64,000 bases of DNA from Rickettsiales bacterium (GTDB lineage: Bacteria > Pseudomonadota > Alphaproteobacteria > Rickettsiales > SXRF01): positions 16,173 to 80,172 of the forward strand of contig JAJTHB010000012.1 in NCBI GenBank assembly GCA_021299465.1. The letters are read 5' to 3'. The notes beneath the pieces are model-generated. The model was not told where the DNA came from, searched no databases, and worked only from the letters and a program-made list of their open reading frames with translations. This document shows, piece after piece, positions 1 to 9,859 of the stretch; within the stretch, counting starts at the first letter, position 1; every line of letters begins with the position of its first letter. The translations under genes and the position numbers were made by a program.

Positions 1-1
1 G

Positions 2-592
2 CTGATATCAGGGACGCGCAGCGGCAAGTTTTTTCATAGCTACCTGAACCCCGAGCGCGATATGCCGGAAGAAGCTTATCGCGTGCATGGGCTGTCGTTT
101 GAATTTTTGCTTGAACACCCGACCTTTGCCGAAAAAGTGGATGAGTTTCTGGATTTTATCGCAGACTCGCCACTGGTGATCCACAATGCTGCCTTTGATA
201 TGAAATTCATCAATGCCGAGCTAACACGGTGCGGTTTTGCGCCGGTTGCTATGAGCAGGGCGATTGACACCGTTCTCATGGCGAGAAAAAAATTTCCTGG
301 CTCTCCGGCAAGTCTGGATGCGCTGTGTAAACGATTTGGTATCGATAGCTCGCATCGCACTAAACACGGCGCGCTGCTCGATGCTGAATTGCTCTCCGAA
401 GTTTATATTGAGCTGATGGGCGGCAAACAGGTTGTGCTGAGCCTTGAGGCTGGCGCATCAGGTGCTTTGACGTCAGTGGTGGGCGAAGCAAACCAATCGC
501 GCGCCGCGCGAGACTTCCCGCCCAGCGAAGAGGAGAGGATGCACCATGAGGAGATGCTTAAAAAAATCAAAAACCCAATCTGGGCCGCCTGA
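2..592 (+). CDS. dnaQ: DNA polymerase III epsilon subunit (3'-5' exonuclease), 5'-partial at window edge
   Basis: The frame is open from nt 2 (LISGTRSGKFFHSYLNPERDMPEEAYRVHG...). It carries the DEDDh exonuclease motifs HNAAFDMKFIN and HGALLDAELLSEVY. Confidence 0.85.
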   Translation: MISGTRSGKFFHSYLNPERDMPEEAYRVHGLSFEFLLEHPTFAEKVDEFLDFIADSPLVIHNAAFDMKFINAELTRCGFAPVAMSRAIDTVLMARKKFPGSPASLDALCKRFGIDSSHRTKHGALLDAELLSEVYIELMGGKQVVLSLEAGASGALTSVVGEANQSRAARDFPPSEEERMHHEEMLKKIKNPIWAA

Positions 593-624
593 GATCTTTT
601 TGCGATCTTTGCGAATAGCGGCAT

Positions 625-653
625 AAAAAAAGGGCTCCCGAAGGAGCCCTTTT
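625..653. terminator. Bidirectional rho-independent terminator between convergent dnaQ and the ompA-like gene
   Basis: Stem GGGCTCC (632-638), loop CGAA, stem GGAGCCC (643-649). It is flanked by an A-run upstream and TTTT downstream. Confidence 0.6.
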
Positions 654-674
654 CATTTCATTTAGAATCGAGAG

Positions 675-1244
675 TTACTTAACAAAGTTGAACTCGATTT
701 CTGCACGACGATCTTCCGCCAAGCAAGCAATCTGCTCTTTGCGGTTCGCGTTGTTGCAATTGGTCACAGGCTTGCTTTCGCCCAGTGCTTCGAGACGCAC
801 TTTGCGGGTTTTCAGGCCTTTAGACGCGAGGTAAGCGCGAACGGTTTCAGCGCGGCGCTGAGACAGGCGCTTGTTGTAGCCGGTGTCGCCGATTTGATCA
901 GCAAAACCAACGATATCAACGCTTTCAACGTCTTTAGCTTCTTTGATCAGTTTGCCGAGAGCATCGAGCTTCGCTTTTTCTTTCGCGTTCAGGGTCGAAC
1001 GATTGAAATCGAAGTAAACGGTGCGATGTTCTTTTGCAAGTTTACGGAGGTTTGCAGGCTGGCCCGCGCACTCGTTATTTGCAGCATCCCATTTGGTCAG
1101 CACGCAGTTATTGTGGCTGTTCATCCACACGGTGCCGTTTTTGTCTTTCACTACATCCTGGAAAGCACCGGCAAAAGCAGCCGGAGAAAGCATGACGCTA
1201 GCGGTAGCAGCCAGGCAAGCAAGTTTGAATTTGTTCATGAGCAT
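675..1244 (-). CDS. OmpA-family peptidoglycan-binding protein with signal peptide
   Basis: N-terminal signal peptide (ACLAATASVMLSPAAFA). The C-terminal OmpA_C domain reads VYFDFNRSTL...GFADQIGDTGYNKRLSQRRAETVRAYL. Confidence 0.8.
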   Translation of the reverse strand: MLMNKFKLACLAATASVMLSPAAFAGAFQDVVKDKNGTVWMNSHNNCVLTKWDAANNECAGQPANLRKLAKEHRTVYFDFNRSTLNAKEKAKLDALGKLIKEAKDVESVDIVGFADQIGDTGYNKRLSQRRAETVRAYLASKGLKTRKVRLEALGESKPVTNCNNANRKEQIACLAEDRRAEIEFNFVK

Positions 1245-1475
1245 GTTCCTTTGAGTTTTTTAGTTACAGTTAAGCATTGGGAATAACTATATGAATCGGG
1301 AAACTAAAACAAAAGCCCCTCAAAGGCAACGGCTATTTTCCCCATGCCGCCACACCTGCATAGTTAGTCATTACATAGGAAAAACAATTGGTTGCGCCAT
1401 ATTAATGCCGCCGCGAACGCCGGAAAACCCAATAAATGTCAACAACTGATGCAGTCTTGCCACAGCAAACAGTGA

Positions 1476-1928
1476 CTATGCCACACCTGCCTTGCTGCGC
1501 TCACGGTTTTGAAGGTAAAGTGAATGAAAATCAATAGGATCAAGCATAAGCGGTGGGAAACCGCCATCACGAGTGACATCGGCAATCACACGGCGAGCAA
1601 ACGGAAACAACACAAATGGGCAGTCAATCATGATTAGTGGTTCAATCCGCTCTTCAGGCACGTTGGCCACCTGAAAAATACCGGCATAAGCAAGCTCAAT
1701 CAAAAATAACGTGCTGCCCTCCGCCGATGCTTTGGCACTTAGAAACATCGTCATCTCATAAAATTCTTCCTGAAGTTTCTGCGCCTTCAAATCGACATTC
1801 ACATCGATGTTAGGTCTCGTATTGGTAGCAGACAGGCTTTGCGGCGCATGCGGATTTTCAAATGACAGATCTTTAATATACTGGCCTTTGACAGAAAAAC
1901 TGGGCGCATTGGTAGTTGCCGTGTTCAT
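1476..1928 (-). CDS. secB: Protein-export chaperone SecB
   Basis: 150 aa. Full-length SecB-like sequence (FSVKGQYIKDLSFENPHAP...LFPFARRVIADVTRDGGFPPLML). Confidence 0.9.
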   Translation of the reverse strand: MNTATTNAPSFSVKGQYIKDLSFENPHAPQSLSATNTRPNIDVNVDLKAQKLQEEFYEMTMFLSAKASAEGSTLFLIELAYAGIFQVANVPEERIEPLIMIDCPFVLFPFARRVIADVTRDGGFPPLMLDPIDFHSLYLQNRERSKAGVA

Positions 1929-2005
1929 TATTTATTTCCTTCATGCGAAAAATTATCTATGCTCGTCTTCTTAACCAAAACCACCAGCAAGGTCACGAAT
2001 TATTT

Positions 2006-2686
2006 ATGTCTGAAGGAATTCCTTACGCCGATATTATTATCCTGGCGCTGATCGCCGGCTTTATCCTGCTTCGCCTGCGAAGCGTGCTCGGCCAGAATGT
2101 CGGGCATGAAAACCCTGATTTTTTCAAAAAAATGCAAGCCCCAGATCAGGACGCTGAGCAAGAGCCGATCATCAAGCTTGCTGAAAAAATGGCAAAAACC
2201 AAAGAGCCAGAACAAGACGAGTATCTTCAGTCACTTAAAGATGAAAGCATCAAAACTACGCTTGCTGATATTCGCGCTAAAGATCCCGAATTTAATGCAA
2301 GTGGATTTCTTTCAGGTGCTAAAATGGCGTTTGAAATGATCTTTGACGGGTTTGCCAAAGGCGACAAAGCGCCGCTGAAAATGCTGCTCTCGCCAGAACT
2401 TTTTTCCCAGTTTGAAAAAGAAATCGACGAACGCGCCGTGCGTGATACCAAAACAGAAACCACGCTTGTATCGGTTGTGGCAAAAGAAATTATTCGCGCA
2501 ACCCTGTCTGGCAGCACAGCGCGCCTGACGGTTAGCTTCTCAAGTGAACAGGTAAGTGTCGTGCGTGACAAAGATGGCAAGATCACCGAAGGCAATCCTT
2601 CCGATGTCGATCAGGTGATCGATGAATGGACCTTTGAGCGCGATATTACATCGCGCAGCCCGAACTGGACGATCATTGATACCTAA
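2006..2686 (+). CDS. Tim44-like domain protein
   Basis: An N-terminal TM segment (IIILALIAGFILLRL) is followed by a C-terminal Tim44-like domain. It is divergent from secB, as is typical in alphaproteobacteria. The start was moved to the internal ATG at 2006, because the 1916 start overlaps secB. Confidence 0.75.
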   Translation: MSEGIPYADIIILALIAGFILLRLRSVLGQNVGHENPDFFKKMQAPDQDAEQEPIIKLAEKMAKTKEPEQDEYLQSLKDESIKTTLADIRAKDPEFNASGFLSGAKMAFEMIFDGFAKGDKAPLKMLLSPELFSQFEKEIDERAVRDTKTETTLVSVVAKEIIRATLSGSTARLTVSFSSEQVSVVRDKDGKITEGNPSDVDQVIDEWTFERDITSRSPNWTIIDT

Positions 2687-2804
2687 TTCTATTTTGGCTT
2701 CAAATCTGCTTGCGACAGAGTCTCCCGAAAAAACTCATGTACTTGTGTGTGCACTCGTTTTCCCATACTCTATCGCTGCGCGCTTTTTTGTCAAAGCGAG
2801 TTAG

Positions 2805-3944
2805 ATGCGACATGGAAAATTGATGATGAAAAAACTCCTTGCCCTTTCTCTGCTCCTCCTTTCTGCCTGCACGCAGGCGGATCATTTTGAGGCGCGCCAG
2901 ATTACCTTTGCTGAGTTGGATGGCTGGGCACGGGATAATCATCAGCAAGCGGTCGAAACTTTCCTGCCTAGCTGCAACGTCTTTGCGCGGAAGTCACGAA
3001 AAGAATCCGAAGGCAGCGGCCTTAAGATCGACGAAAAAACCTGGCAGTCGCTTTGCCATGAGGCCGAGTGGGCAAAAACCAACCCGCTGCAAGCCAAGCA
3101 ATTTTTTGAGGATCGCTTCATCCCGTTTCGCGTGAGCAATAATAACAAGGAGCAAGGCCTCTTTACCGGTTATTATGAGCCAATTCTTTATGGCTCACTT
3201 AAGAAAAAAGGTGATTTCAAATATCCGCTGCACGCTGCGCCGCCAGAGCTGAAAGATAGCAAGCCTTTCTATACCCACGCCGAAATCAATAAGGGAGCAC
3301 TCAAAACAAGAAAGCTGGAATTGGTATGGGTCGATGATCCGGTAATGAAGTTTTTCATGCAGATTCAAGGCAGCGGGCGCGTGCGCCTGACCGATGGGCG
3401 CGAGCTCTTCATTGGTTATGCGGATGGCAACGGCCAGCCCTATGTGAGTTTGGGCAAGGTGATGCGCGATCAGGGCTTGCTTGCGTCGGATAAGATCAAT
3501 TTCTTCACCATCCGCCAGTGGCTTTACGATAATCCGGCGCGTGCCTTTGATCTTATGGAAGAAAATCCATCCTACATCTTTTTCAAAATCAGGAATGAGC
3601 CGGCGGTGGGCGCTGCCGGTGTCCAGCTGACACCGCGCCGATCAATTGCTATCGATAGCCGGTATATCCCTTATGGCCTGCCACTTTACCTGGAGGTTGA
3701 GCTGCCACCGCTACCAAACCAGCAACCGGCGGCATTCAACCGTTTGATGATTGCGCAGGATACTGGCGGGGCGATTCGTGGGCCGGTGCGCGGCGATATT
3801 TTCTTTGGCCCGGGAGATGAGGCGGAATTTCTCGCCGGCTACATGAAAAATCGCGGCGTCTATACGTTGCTCGTGCCCAAAGAAGCTGCCGGTCAGCTCA
3901 CCTCCGTCATATCTCTGAGTCGTTTGCCAAGCCTTTCGTGGTAG
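2805..3944 (+). CDS. mltA: Membrane-bound lytic murein transglycosylase A (lipoprotein)
   Basis: Lipobox LLLLSAC. MltA-specific and 3D-domain sequence (FTGYYEP..., IAIDSRYIPYGLPLYL, QDTGGAIRGPVRGDIFFG). The start could instead be 2823 or 2826. Confidence 0.85.
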   Translation: MRHGKLMMKKLLALSLLLLSACTQADHFEARQITFAELDGWARDNHQQAVETFLPSCNVFARKSRKESEGSGLKIDEKTWQSLCHEAEWAKTNPLQAKQFFEDRFIPFRVSNNNKEQGLFTGYYEPILYGSLKKKGDFKYPLHAAPPELKDSKPFYTHAEINKGALKTRKLELVWVDDPVMKFFMQIQGSGRVRLTDGRELFIGYADGNGQPYVSLGKVMRDQGLLASDKINFFTIRQWLYDNPARAFDLMEENPSYIFFKIRNEPAVGAAGVQLTPRRSIAIDSRYIPYGLPLYLEVELPPLPNQQPAAFNRLMIAQDTGGAIRGPVRGDIFFGPGDEAEFLAGYMKNRGVYTLLVPKEAAGQLTSVISLSRLPSLSW

Positions 3945-3947
3945 CTC

Positions 3948-4487
3948 ATGAGCCCGCCGCGCAAACTAACGCCGGAAGAAAAAAAACTCTGGAAGCTTGT
4001 GACTAAGCAGACCCAGCCCTTGCACGCGCAAAACGAAGAAGCGCAAGAAGAAGAAAAATCTGCTACTAAACCCAAAATGGCCACAAAAAAAATAATGGCC
4101 CATAAAGTTCGCCCCAGAGTGGATATGCCAGCGCCAGTCAAAGAAGCGCTGAAAACCGGAAACATCAATGCGCTCGATAAAAATAATGGCGAGCGTTTCC
4201 GCAAAGGTGAAATGGCGATCGAGGCGATGCTTGATTTACATGGTCTCACTTACAGCAAGGCCGAGGCAGCGCTTAAACGTTTTATCGAACATAGCTACCG
4301 CTGCCAGAAGCGCAGCCTGCTTGTCATCACCGGCAAGGGCTCACGCGGTGAGGGAGTCCTTAGGCAAGCCTTACCGGTATGGCTGAATCACGAAGATCTA
4401 AGGCCGATGATTCTGGCCATCAGCCTCGCCAAAGCAAAACATGGCGGCAGCGGGGCATATTATGTACTACTTAAACGAAAACGCTGA
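3948..4487 (+). CDS. Smr domain protein
   Basis: C-terminal Smr domain (LDLHGLTYSKAEAALKRFI...LLVITGKGSRGEGVLRQALPVWL). Confidence 0.8.
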   Translation: MSPPRKLTPEEKKLWKLVTKQTQPLHAQNEEAQEEEKSATKPKMATKKIMAHKVRPRVDMPAPVKEALKTGNINALDKNNGERFRKGEMAIEAMLDLHGLTYSKAEAALKRFIEHSYRCQKRSLLVITGKGSRGEGVLRQALPVWLNHEDLRPMILAISLAKAKHGGSGAYYVLLKRKR

Positions 4488-4494
4488 GCGCGCC

Positions 4495-5181
4495 ATGCAT
4501 GATGACAAACCACATATCCTGATTGTTGATGATGATGATCGTCTGCGCATATTGCTCAGAAAATTTCTGAATGAGCAGGGCTTTATGGTTTCGGTTGCCG
4601 CCAATGCGGATGAGGCGCGCGCGCAGCTGGGCTGGTTTGCCTTTGATCTCATCATCCTCGATGTGATGATGCCGGGCGAAACCGGTCTTGAGTTTCTCTC
4701 CTATCTTCGCAAAACCCCTACGGCAGTACTTATGCTTTCAGCGATGGGCGAAGCCGATGATCGCATCAAAGGCCTTGAGGGCGGAGCCGAAGATTATCTC
4801 ACCAAACCGTTTGAACCCAAAGAGCTGGTGCTAAGACTGCGCACGATTCTCAAGCGTCGTGCAAACAAACCCATCCAAACATTGCTCGTTGGGTTTGGCG
4901 AATTTGTGTTTGATGCGAACACCAGCCAGCTTAAAAAAGCTGGCGAGCAGGTGGCGCTCACATCCGGCGAGGCGGCGATTTTAAAGTTGCTAGCCAAGGA
5001 ATTGGGAGCGCCGGTATCGCGGGAACAGCTGGCGGCAGTGCTTCCAGGCAGTGCAGGTGAGCGAAGCATTGATGTTCAGATCACACGTCTGCGTAAAAAA
5101 ATCGAAGAAAGCGAAGGAAGACCCGTGCATTTACAAACAGTGCGTGGCGCAGGCTATGTGCTTTACGGAAAATTGCTATGA
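4495..5181 (+). CDS. OmpR-family response regulator
   Basis: Receiver domain (ILIVDDDDRLR..., LIILDVMMPGETG, KP) plus a winged-helix output domain (IDVQITRLRKKIE...TVRGAGYVL). The start was moved to the ATG at 4495. Its stop overlaps the kinase start (ATGA). Confidence 0.85.
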   Translation: MHDDKPHILIVDDDDRLRILLRKFLNEQGFMVSVAANADEARAQLGWFAFDLIILDVMMPGETGLEFLSYLRKTPTAVLMLSAMGEADDRIKGLEGGAEDYLTKPFEPKELVLRLRTILKRRANKPIQTLLVGFGEFVFDANTSQLKKAGEQVALTSGEAAILKLLAKELGAPVSREQLAAVLPGSAGERSIDVQITRLRKKIEESEGRPVHLQTVRGAGYVLYGKLL

Positions 5182-6473
5182 TCGGTAAACGCTATTTGCC
5201 CAAAAGCCTCTTTGGCCGCACGCTGCTGATTGTGGTGCTGCCCACGGTGCTGATCCAGCTGGTAATGGCCTATGCGTTTTTTGATCGCCACTGGGATTCG
5301 GTGACGCGACAGATGTCCAAGACACTTGCGGGCGATGCCGCCTTTCTTGTCAGCCAGCTTAAGCGTTCATCCACCAAAGCTGAATGGCATGTCATCAACG
5401 ATTTTGAGCATGCCACCGGTCTGCGTGTGGCGCTTAACGATGGTGCTAAATTTAAACCTGGATCCACCAGCGATGATTTCATCGAGCTGCGCCAGCAGCT
5501 TGGCGAGCGTATCGAAGAGCCCTTTACCATCCACCGTCTTGCTGATGGCGATAACCTTGAAATCCGCATCCTGATGGATGACCAGATGCTGTCCATGCAA
5601 GCGAGCCTGAAGCGCATCGAAAGCCGTACCACGCTGGCATTTCTGGCGTGGATGCTTGGCGCATCCGCGCTTTTTCTGATCATTGCGGTCTTGTTCCTGC
5701 GCAACCAGATTCGCCCGATCCACCAGCTCGCCGAGGCAGCGGATGATTTTGGTCGCGGCGTCGATACGGCAGATTTCAGGCCGCACGGCGCGAGTGAAGT
5801 GCGCAAAGCTGCCAAGGCGTTTATTGTGATGCGCGAGCGCTTAAAGCGCCAGATCCGCACACGCACCGATATGCTGTCGGGTATCTCTCATGATCTGCGC
5901 ACGCCGCTGACGCGCATGAAGCTACAGCTCGCGATGATGCCCCGCGATGACGCTATACGTGAACTTGAGGATGATGTCGTGCAGATGGAGCATATGATTG
6001 CCGAATATCTCGATTTTGCGCGAGGCGAGGGGCGCGAAATTGCCATTAAAACCAACCTTAAACGATTGCTCGAAGAAACCGTCTCCGATTACCAGCGCGC
6101 CGCTCATCCTGTGGCATTGCGGCATATGGATGATGCTGAGCTGGATTTACGCGCAAGCAGTATCCGCCGCATGCTAACGAACATCATCGATAATGCGCTT
6201 CGTTATGGCAAGCGCGCTGAATTGTCGTTACACACCAGCGCCCACTATGCCGAAATCTGGGTGGATGACGAGGGAACCGGCATCGATGCACGCGATCATG
6301 AAGAGGTCTTTAAACCGTTTTTCCGCCTGGAGACATCGCGTAACGAAAAAACCGGCGGGGTGGGGCTGGGACTTACCATCGCGCGTGACATCGCTCTTGC
6401 CCATGGCGGCCAGATCACGCTTGCGACTTCCCCTTCCAGCGGACTTCGTGTAATAATCAAATTACCGCTTTAG
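5178..6473 (+). CDS. EnvZ-like sensor histidine kinase
   Basis: Two TM segments, a HAMP domain, an H-box (ISHDLRTPLTRM), and N/G boxes (NALRYG, DDEGTGI, GGVGLGLTIARDI). Confidence 0.85.
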   Translation: MIGKRYLPKSLFGRTLLIVVLPTVLIQLVMAYAFFDRHWDSVTRQMSKTLAGDAAFLVSQLKRSSTKAEWHVINDFEHATGLRVALNDGAKFKPGSTSDDFIELRQQLGERIEEPFTIHRLADGDNLEIRILMDDQMLSMQASLKRIESRTTLAFLAWMLGASALFLIIAVLFLRNQIRPIHQLAEAADDFGRGVDTADFRPHGASEVRKAAKAFIVMRERLKRQIRTRTDMLSGISHDLRTPLTRMKLQLAMMPRDDAIRELEDDVVQMEHMIAEYLDFARGEGREIAIKTNLKRLLEETVSDYQRAAHPVALRHMDDAELDLRASSIRRMLTNIIDNALRYGKRAELSLHTSAHYAEIWVDDEGTGIDARDHEEVFKPFFRLETSRNEKTGGVGLGLTIARDIALAHGGQITLATSPSSGLRVIIKLPL

Positions 6474-6481
6474 GGGGTGTA

Positions 6482-6754
6482 ATGAGCTTGTTTTTATTTC
6501 GTTTCTGGCCGGTACTGATTCCGCTGATTGTTTATCTGCTATGGCATTGGCTGGCCGTGAAGCGCGCAAAAAAACAAGGCGAAGCGCCGCCACGCTTTCG
6601 TGATGGGCCGTGGTACTGGGCGGTGCTTGCAAGCCTACTGATTGCTATGGCTTGTTTCCTTTTTCTTGGCCTGACCCATGATGCGCAGAAAGGCCAATAT
6701 GTGCCGCCGAGATTGGAAGATGGCCGCGTTGTACCCGGCCATATTGAACGATGA
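6482..6754 (+). CDS. Small membrane protein, function unknown
   Basis: 90 aa with two predicted TM helices. It overlaps the next gene by ATGA. No family was recognised. Confidence 0.4.
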   Translation: MSLFLFRFWPVLIPLIVYLLWHWLAVKRAKKQGEAPPRFRDGPWYWAVLASLLIAMACFLFLGLTHDAQKGQYVPPRLEDGRVVPGHIER

Positions 6755-7971
6755 AACTGCATCCTGAGTGGCTTTCATGGCCAGAAACCAAAACACTCAT
6801 TGCGGCTTTTGCGGAATATCCGGATAGTTTGCGATTTGTTGGCGGCGCAGTGCGCGATAGTTTGCTTGGCCGCGAAGTAAAAGAAGTCGATGCGGCAACC
6901 ACGCGCTACCCGGGCGAGACGCAGTCGCTCGCTATCCGCCATGGCCTGCGCGCCATTCCCACCGGCCTTGAACATGGTACGATCACCATCGTCATCGGCG
7001 AAAAATCGTTCGAGGTTACAACGCTGCGTAAAGACATTAAAACCGATGGCCGCCACGCCGAAGTCACCTTCACCGATAATTGGCAGGAAGATGCCGCGCG
7101 CCGTGATTTTACCATGAATGCGCTCTATCTATCGCCAGACGGCGAGATGTTTGATTATTTCGGAGGCGAAACAGATGCCAGAAGCGGCAATGTTGCATTC
7201 ATTGGCAATCCCGAAGAGCGGATTAAGGAAGATTATTTGCGTATCCTGCGCTTCTTTCGATTTTATGCTCATTACGGCAAGATACAGCCCGATGCTAAAG
7301 CGCTTAACGCGTGCAAGGCAAATGCGGAAAAGCTGAAGACTTTGCCTGTCGAGCGAATCTGGCAGGAATTATCAAAGCTGCTGACGGCATCTCGTACTGC
7401 TGATGCCTTGCAACTCATGCATAAGCATGGCGCGCTTTCTTTTGTGCTGGGCGCTAATCCCAATAATACAGACATGGTTAGGCGCGCAGAAGAAATTGCT
7501 GCACTGAGCAGCGTAGCGATTTCGGTAGAGACTAAATTGGTTGCGCTTATGGAAAGCGTATCACCGGCCATTAAGGCGGCAGCGCTTGCTGCTCACCTCA
7601 AATCTTCGCTGGCGACCCGAAAAAACATGGAATTGCTACAAGCGAATTACCCAAGCCTAATGACTGATCTTACCCTAGTAAAACAAAAAAAACTGGTGCG
7701 AGCTTTGGGGCAAGAGCTTGCTGTGCAAGCGCTAATACTAGCGTGGGCAATCTCAGATGAGAAAGCAATAAACACACATTCTTACCATGAAGCGCTTGTT
7801 TTTATGCGCTCATGGCAGCCGCCGAAATTCCCTGTTTCTGGCAGCGACTTAATGGCACTCGGTAAACCCGCCGGCAAGGAGCTTGGCGACGCGCTCGCAA
7901 AACTCGAAGCGCTTTGGGAAGCAAGTGATTATCACCTGACTAAGGCCGAGCTTTTAGGAAAACTTGCGTGA
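6751..7971 (+). CDS. cca: CCA-adding tRNA nucleotidyltransferase (class II, no HD domain)
   Basis: Motif A is GGAVRDSLLGREVKEVDAATT, motif B is RRDFTMNA, and motif D is EDYLRILRFFRF. Confidence 0.8.
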   Translation: MKLHPEWLSWPETKTLIAAFAEYPDSLRFVGGAVRDSLLGREVKEVDAATTRYPGETQSLAIRHGLRAIPTGLEHGTITIVIGEKSFEVTTLRKDIKTDGRHAEVTFTDNWQEDAARRDFTMNALYLSPDGEMFDYFGGETDARSGNVAFIGNPEERIKEDYLRILRFFRFYAHYGKIQPDAKALNACKANAEKLKTLPVERIWQELSKLLTASRTADALQLMHKHGALSFVLGANPNNTDMVRRAEEIAALSSVAISVETKLVALMESVSPAIKAAALAAHLKSSLATRKNMELLQANYPSLMTDLTLVKQKKLVRALGQELAVQALILAWAISDEKAINTHSYHEALVFMRSWQPPKFPVSGSDLMALGKPAGKELGDALAKLEALWEASDYHLTKAELLGKLA

Positions 7972-9026
7972 CAGCGCAGCATACAAAGCTGGCCTGGCTT
8001 TCGCGCCCCAGTGTTAAGAAAATGCAGGCGTTATTTGGCAGCGATCCTTACTGCTTTGTCGGCGGCTGTGTGCGCGATGGGCTGATTGGAAAAACGCCGC
8101 GTGATTACGACCTAGCAACTGCGCTTCCTGCGGCAGAAATATTAGAGCGTATCAAGCAGCCGGGCATACGCTGGATTGTTGGCCACAAAAATTTCCCCAT
8201 AACCAAAATTAAAATAGAAGGCGATATTTTTGACATTTGCTCGCTGCCGCAGGTCAAATATATCAAGCCGGTGGAAAATTTTGAAGGTTGGGTAAAAAGC
8301 TATCTGACTACATATGATTTTACCATCAATGCGCTGGCTTTATTTCCAGATGGTAGATTAGCAGATGATTTTGGTGCAACCCACGACATAGCAAAAAAAC
8401 AAATAAATTTCATGGATGCAGAAAATCAAATTTCTGAAGTTTTGAAGCGTTCTCCCAATCGTATCATTCGCTATTTTCGTTTTGCAGTAACCCACGGTGA
8501 AGGGCGTTTTGACCCGGCTATTGTTGAGCTTCTTCATGTGAGCGCGCCGCTCCTAAAGAAAGAATATCCCGAGTATCTTTATAAGCAGATGATGAGACTG
8601 CTGGGTGTGAACAATCCGTTTGATGCTTTAAGCCTCATGTGGCATCAGGATATATTGTTCCATGTGCTGGGCTTTCAGTTGGACTCACTTTCGGCGCTGG
8701 AGAAGCTTCGGTGTATTGAGCAGTCGGTTGGCAAAGCTTCGCATACCAATGTTCGGCTGCTCGCTTTACTCATGCAGGCTGCACTGCCGCTTGATGCTGC
8801 GCTAGGTCATCTCGCGGAGCGCTGGAAAATACCACAGAAAAGACAAAGAGAACTTCACGCCACCGTCGATTGTAGTGTTGCATTTGACCCCACGCTTGAG
8901 CTTGAAAGCATGAGCCAATTACAAAAGCATGTGGGCGAGAAACTATTCAAGCAGGTTGCGATGCTGAGGCTTCTGATGGAAGATAAACCATTAGCCGTAC
9001 TTGCTGATTACCAGCCACACCTGTAA
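7968..9026 (+). CDS. Divergent class II nucleotidyltransferase (poly(A) polymerase/CCA family paralogue)
   Basis: Motif A is intact (VGGCVRDGLIGKTPRDYDLATA). Motif B is degenerate (TYDFTINAL, no RRD). The EDxxR template motif is replaced by SPNRIIRYFRF. The GTG start overlaps the cca stop (GTGA). Confidence 0.65.
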   Translation: MTAQHTKLAWLSRPSVKKMQALFGSDPYCFVGGCVRDGLIGKTPRDYDLATALPAAEILERIKQPGIRWIVGHKNFPITKIKIEGDIFDICSLPQVKYIKPVENFEGWVKSYLTTYDFTINALALFPDGRLADDFGATHDIAKKQINFMDAENQISEVLKRSPNRIIRYFRFAVTHGEGRFDPAIVELLHVSAPLLKKEYPEYLYKQMMRLLGVNNPFDALSLMWHQDILFHVLGFQLDSLSALEKLRCIEQSVGKASHTNVRLLALLMQAALPLDAALGHLAERWKIPQKRQRELHATVDCSVAFDPTLELESMSQLQKHVGEKLFKQVAMLRLLMEDKPLAVLADYQPHL

Positions 9027-9038
9027 CAGCGGGCAGAG

Positions 9039-9764
9039 TTATTTCGCATCCTCATCGGCGAATTTTTCGCCGGTGGGGTTATCTTCCAGCGCATAGCCAG
9101 CTGAACGCACAGTGCGGATGAGATCGGGCTGCTTGCCATCATAATCAAGGCCTTTGCGCAGGCGGCGTACATGCACATCCACTGTGCGCAGCTCGACATA
9201 AATATCATGCCCCCACACGGCGTCGAGCAGCTGTTCGCGCGAGAACACGCGGTTTGGATGTTCAAGCAAATAACGAAGCAGCGAAAATTCGGTCGGACTT
9301 AGATGCACATCCTGCCCGTTGCGCGTGACCTTATGGCCGGAGACATCCATGGTGATGCCGGCAAAGGAAAGCGTTTTTTCGGAAAGAGCAGGGCGGAAAC
9401 GCCGGAAAATAGCACGGATACGCGCGATCAATTCAGCAGGCGAGAATGGCTTGGTCAAATAATCATCGGCGCCTGAATCCAGCCCGCGAATGCGGTCACC
9501 TTCTTCGCCGCGCGCCGACAGCATAATGATCGGAATCGATTTGGTCTCCGGGCTCCAGCGCAGTTGCTTGCACACATCCACGCCCGACATCGAAGGCAGC
9601 ATCCAGTCGAGCACAATCACATCCGGCTTATATTCCTTCACCATGGTGATCGCTTCTTCGCCATCACCGGTGGAGTAGACGCGAAAACCTTCACGCTCGA
9701 GGTTATAGCGCAGCAGGGTGACGATGGCGACTTCATCTTCAACGATTAAAACCGAGGTTTCCAA
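9039..9764 (-). CDS. phoB: PhoB-like OmpR-family response regulator
   Basis: Receiver domain (VLIVEDEVAI..., VIVLDWMLPSMSGVDVCKQLR, TKP) plus a winged-helix domain (VDVHVRRLRKGL...RTVRSAGYAL). The symbol is tentative because no pst or phoU gene lies in the neighbourhood. Confidence 0.7.
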   Translation of the reverse strand: METSVLIVEDEVAIVTLLRYNLEREGFRVYSTGDGEEAITMVKEYKPDVIVLDWMLPSMSGVDVCKQLRWSPETKSIPIIMLSARGEEGDRIRGLDSGADDYLTKPFSPAELIARIRAIFRRFRPALSEKTLSFAGITMDVSGHKVTRNGQDVHLSPTEFSLLRYLLEHPNRVFSREQLLDAVWGHDIYVELRTVDVHVRRLRKGLDYDGKQPDLIRTVRSAGYALEDNPTGEKFADEDAK

Positions 9765-9859
9765 TGCGTTAGTCCTTTTATTTTTGTGCGAGCGAGTCTA
9801 GCATAGCTTGGGTTAAAGGCAATAATCTCTATGAAAAACCTTAAGAAAGCGTTGAAACC

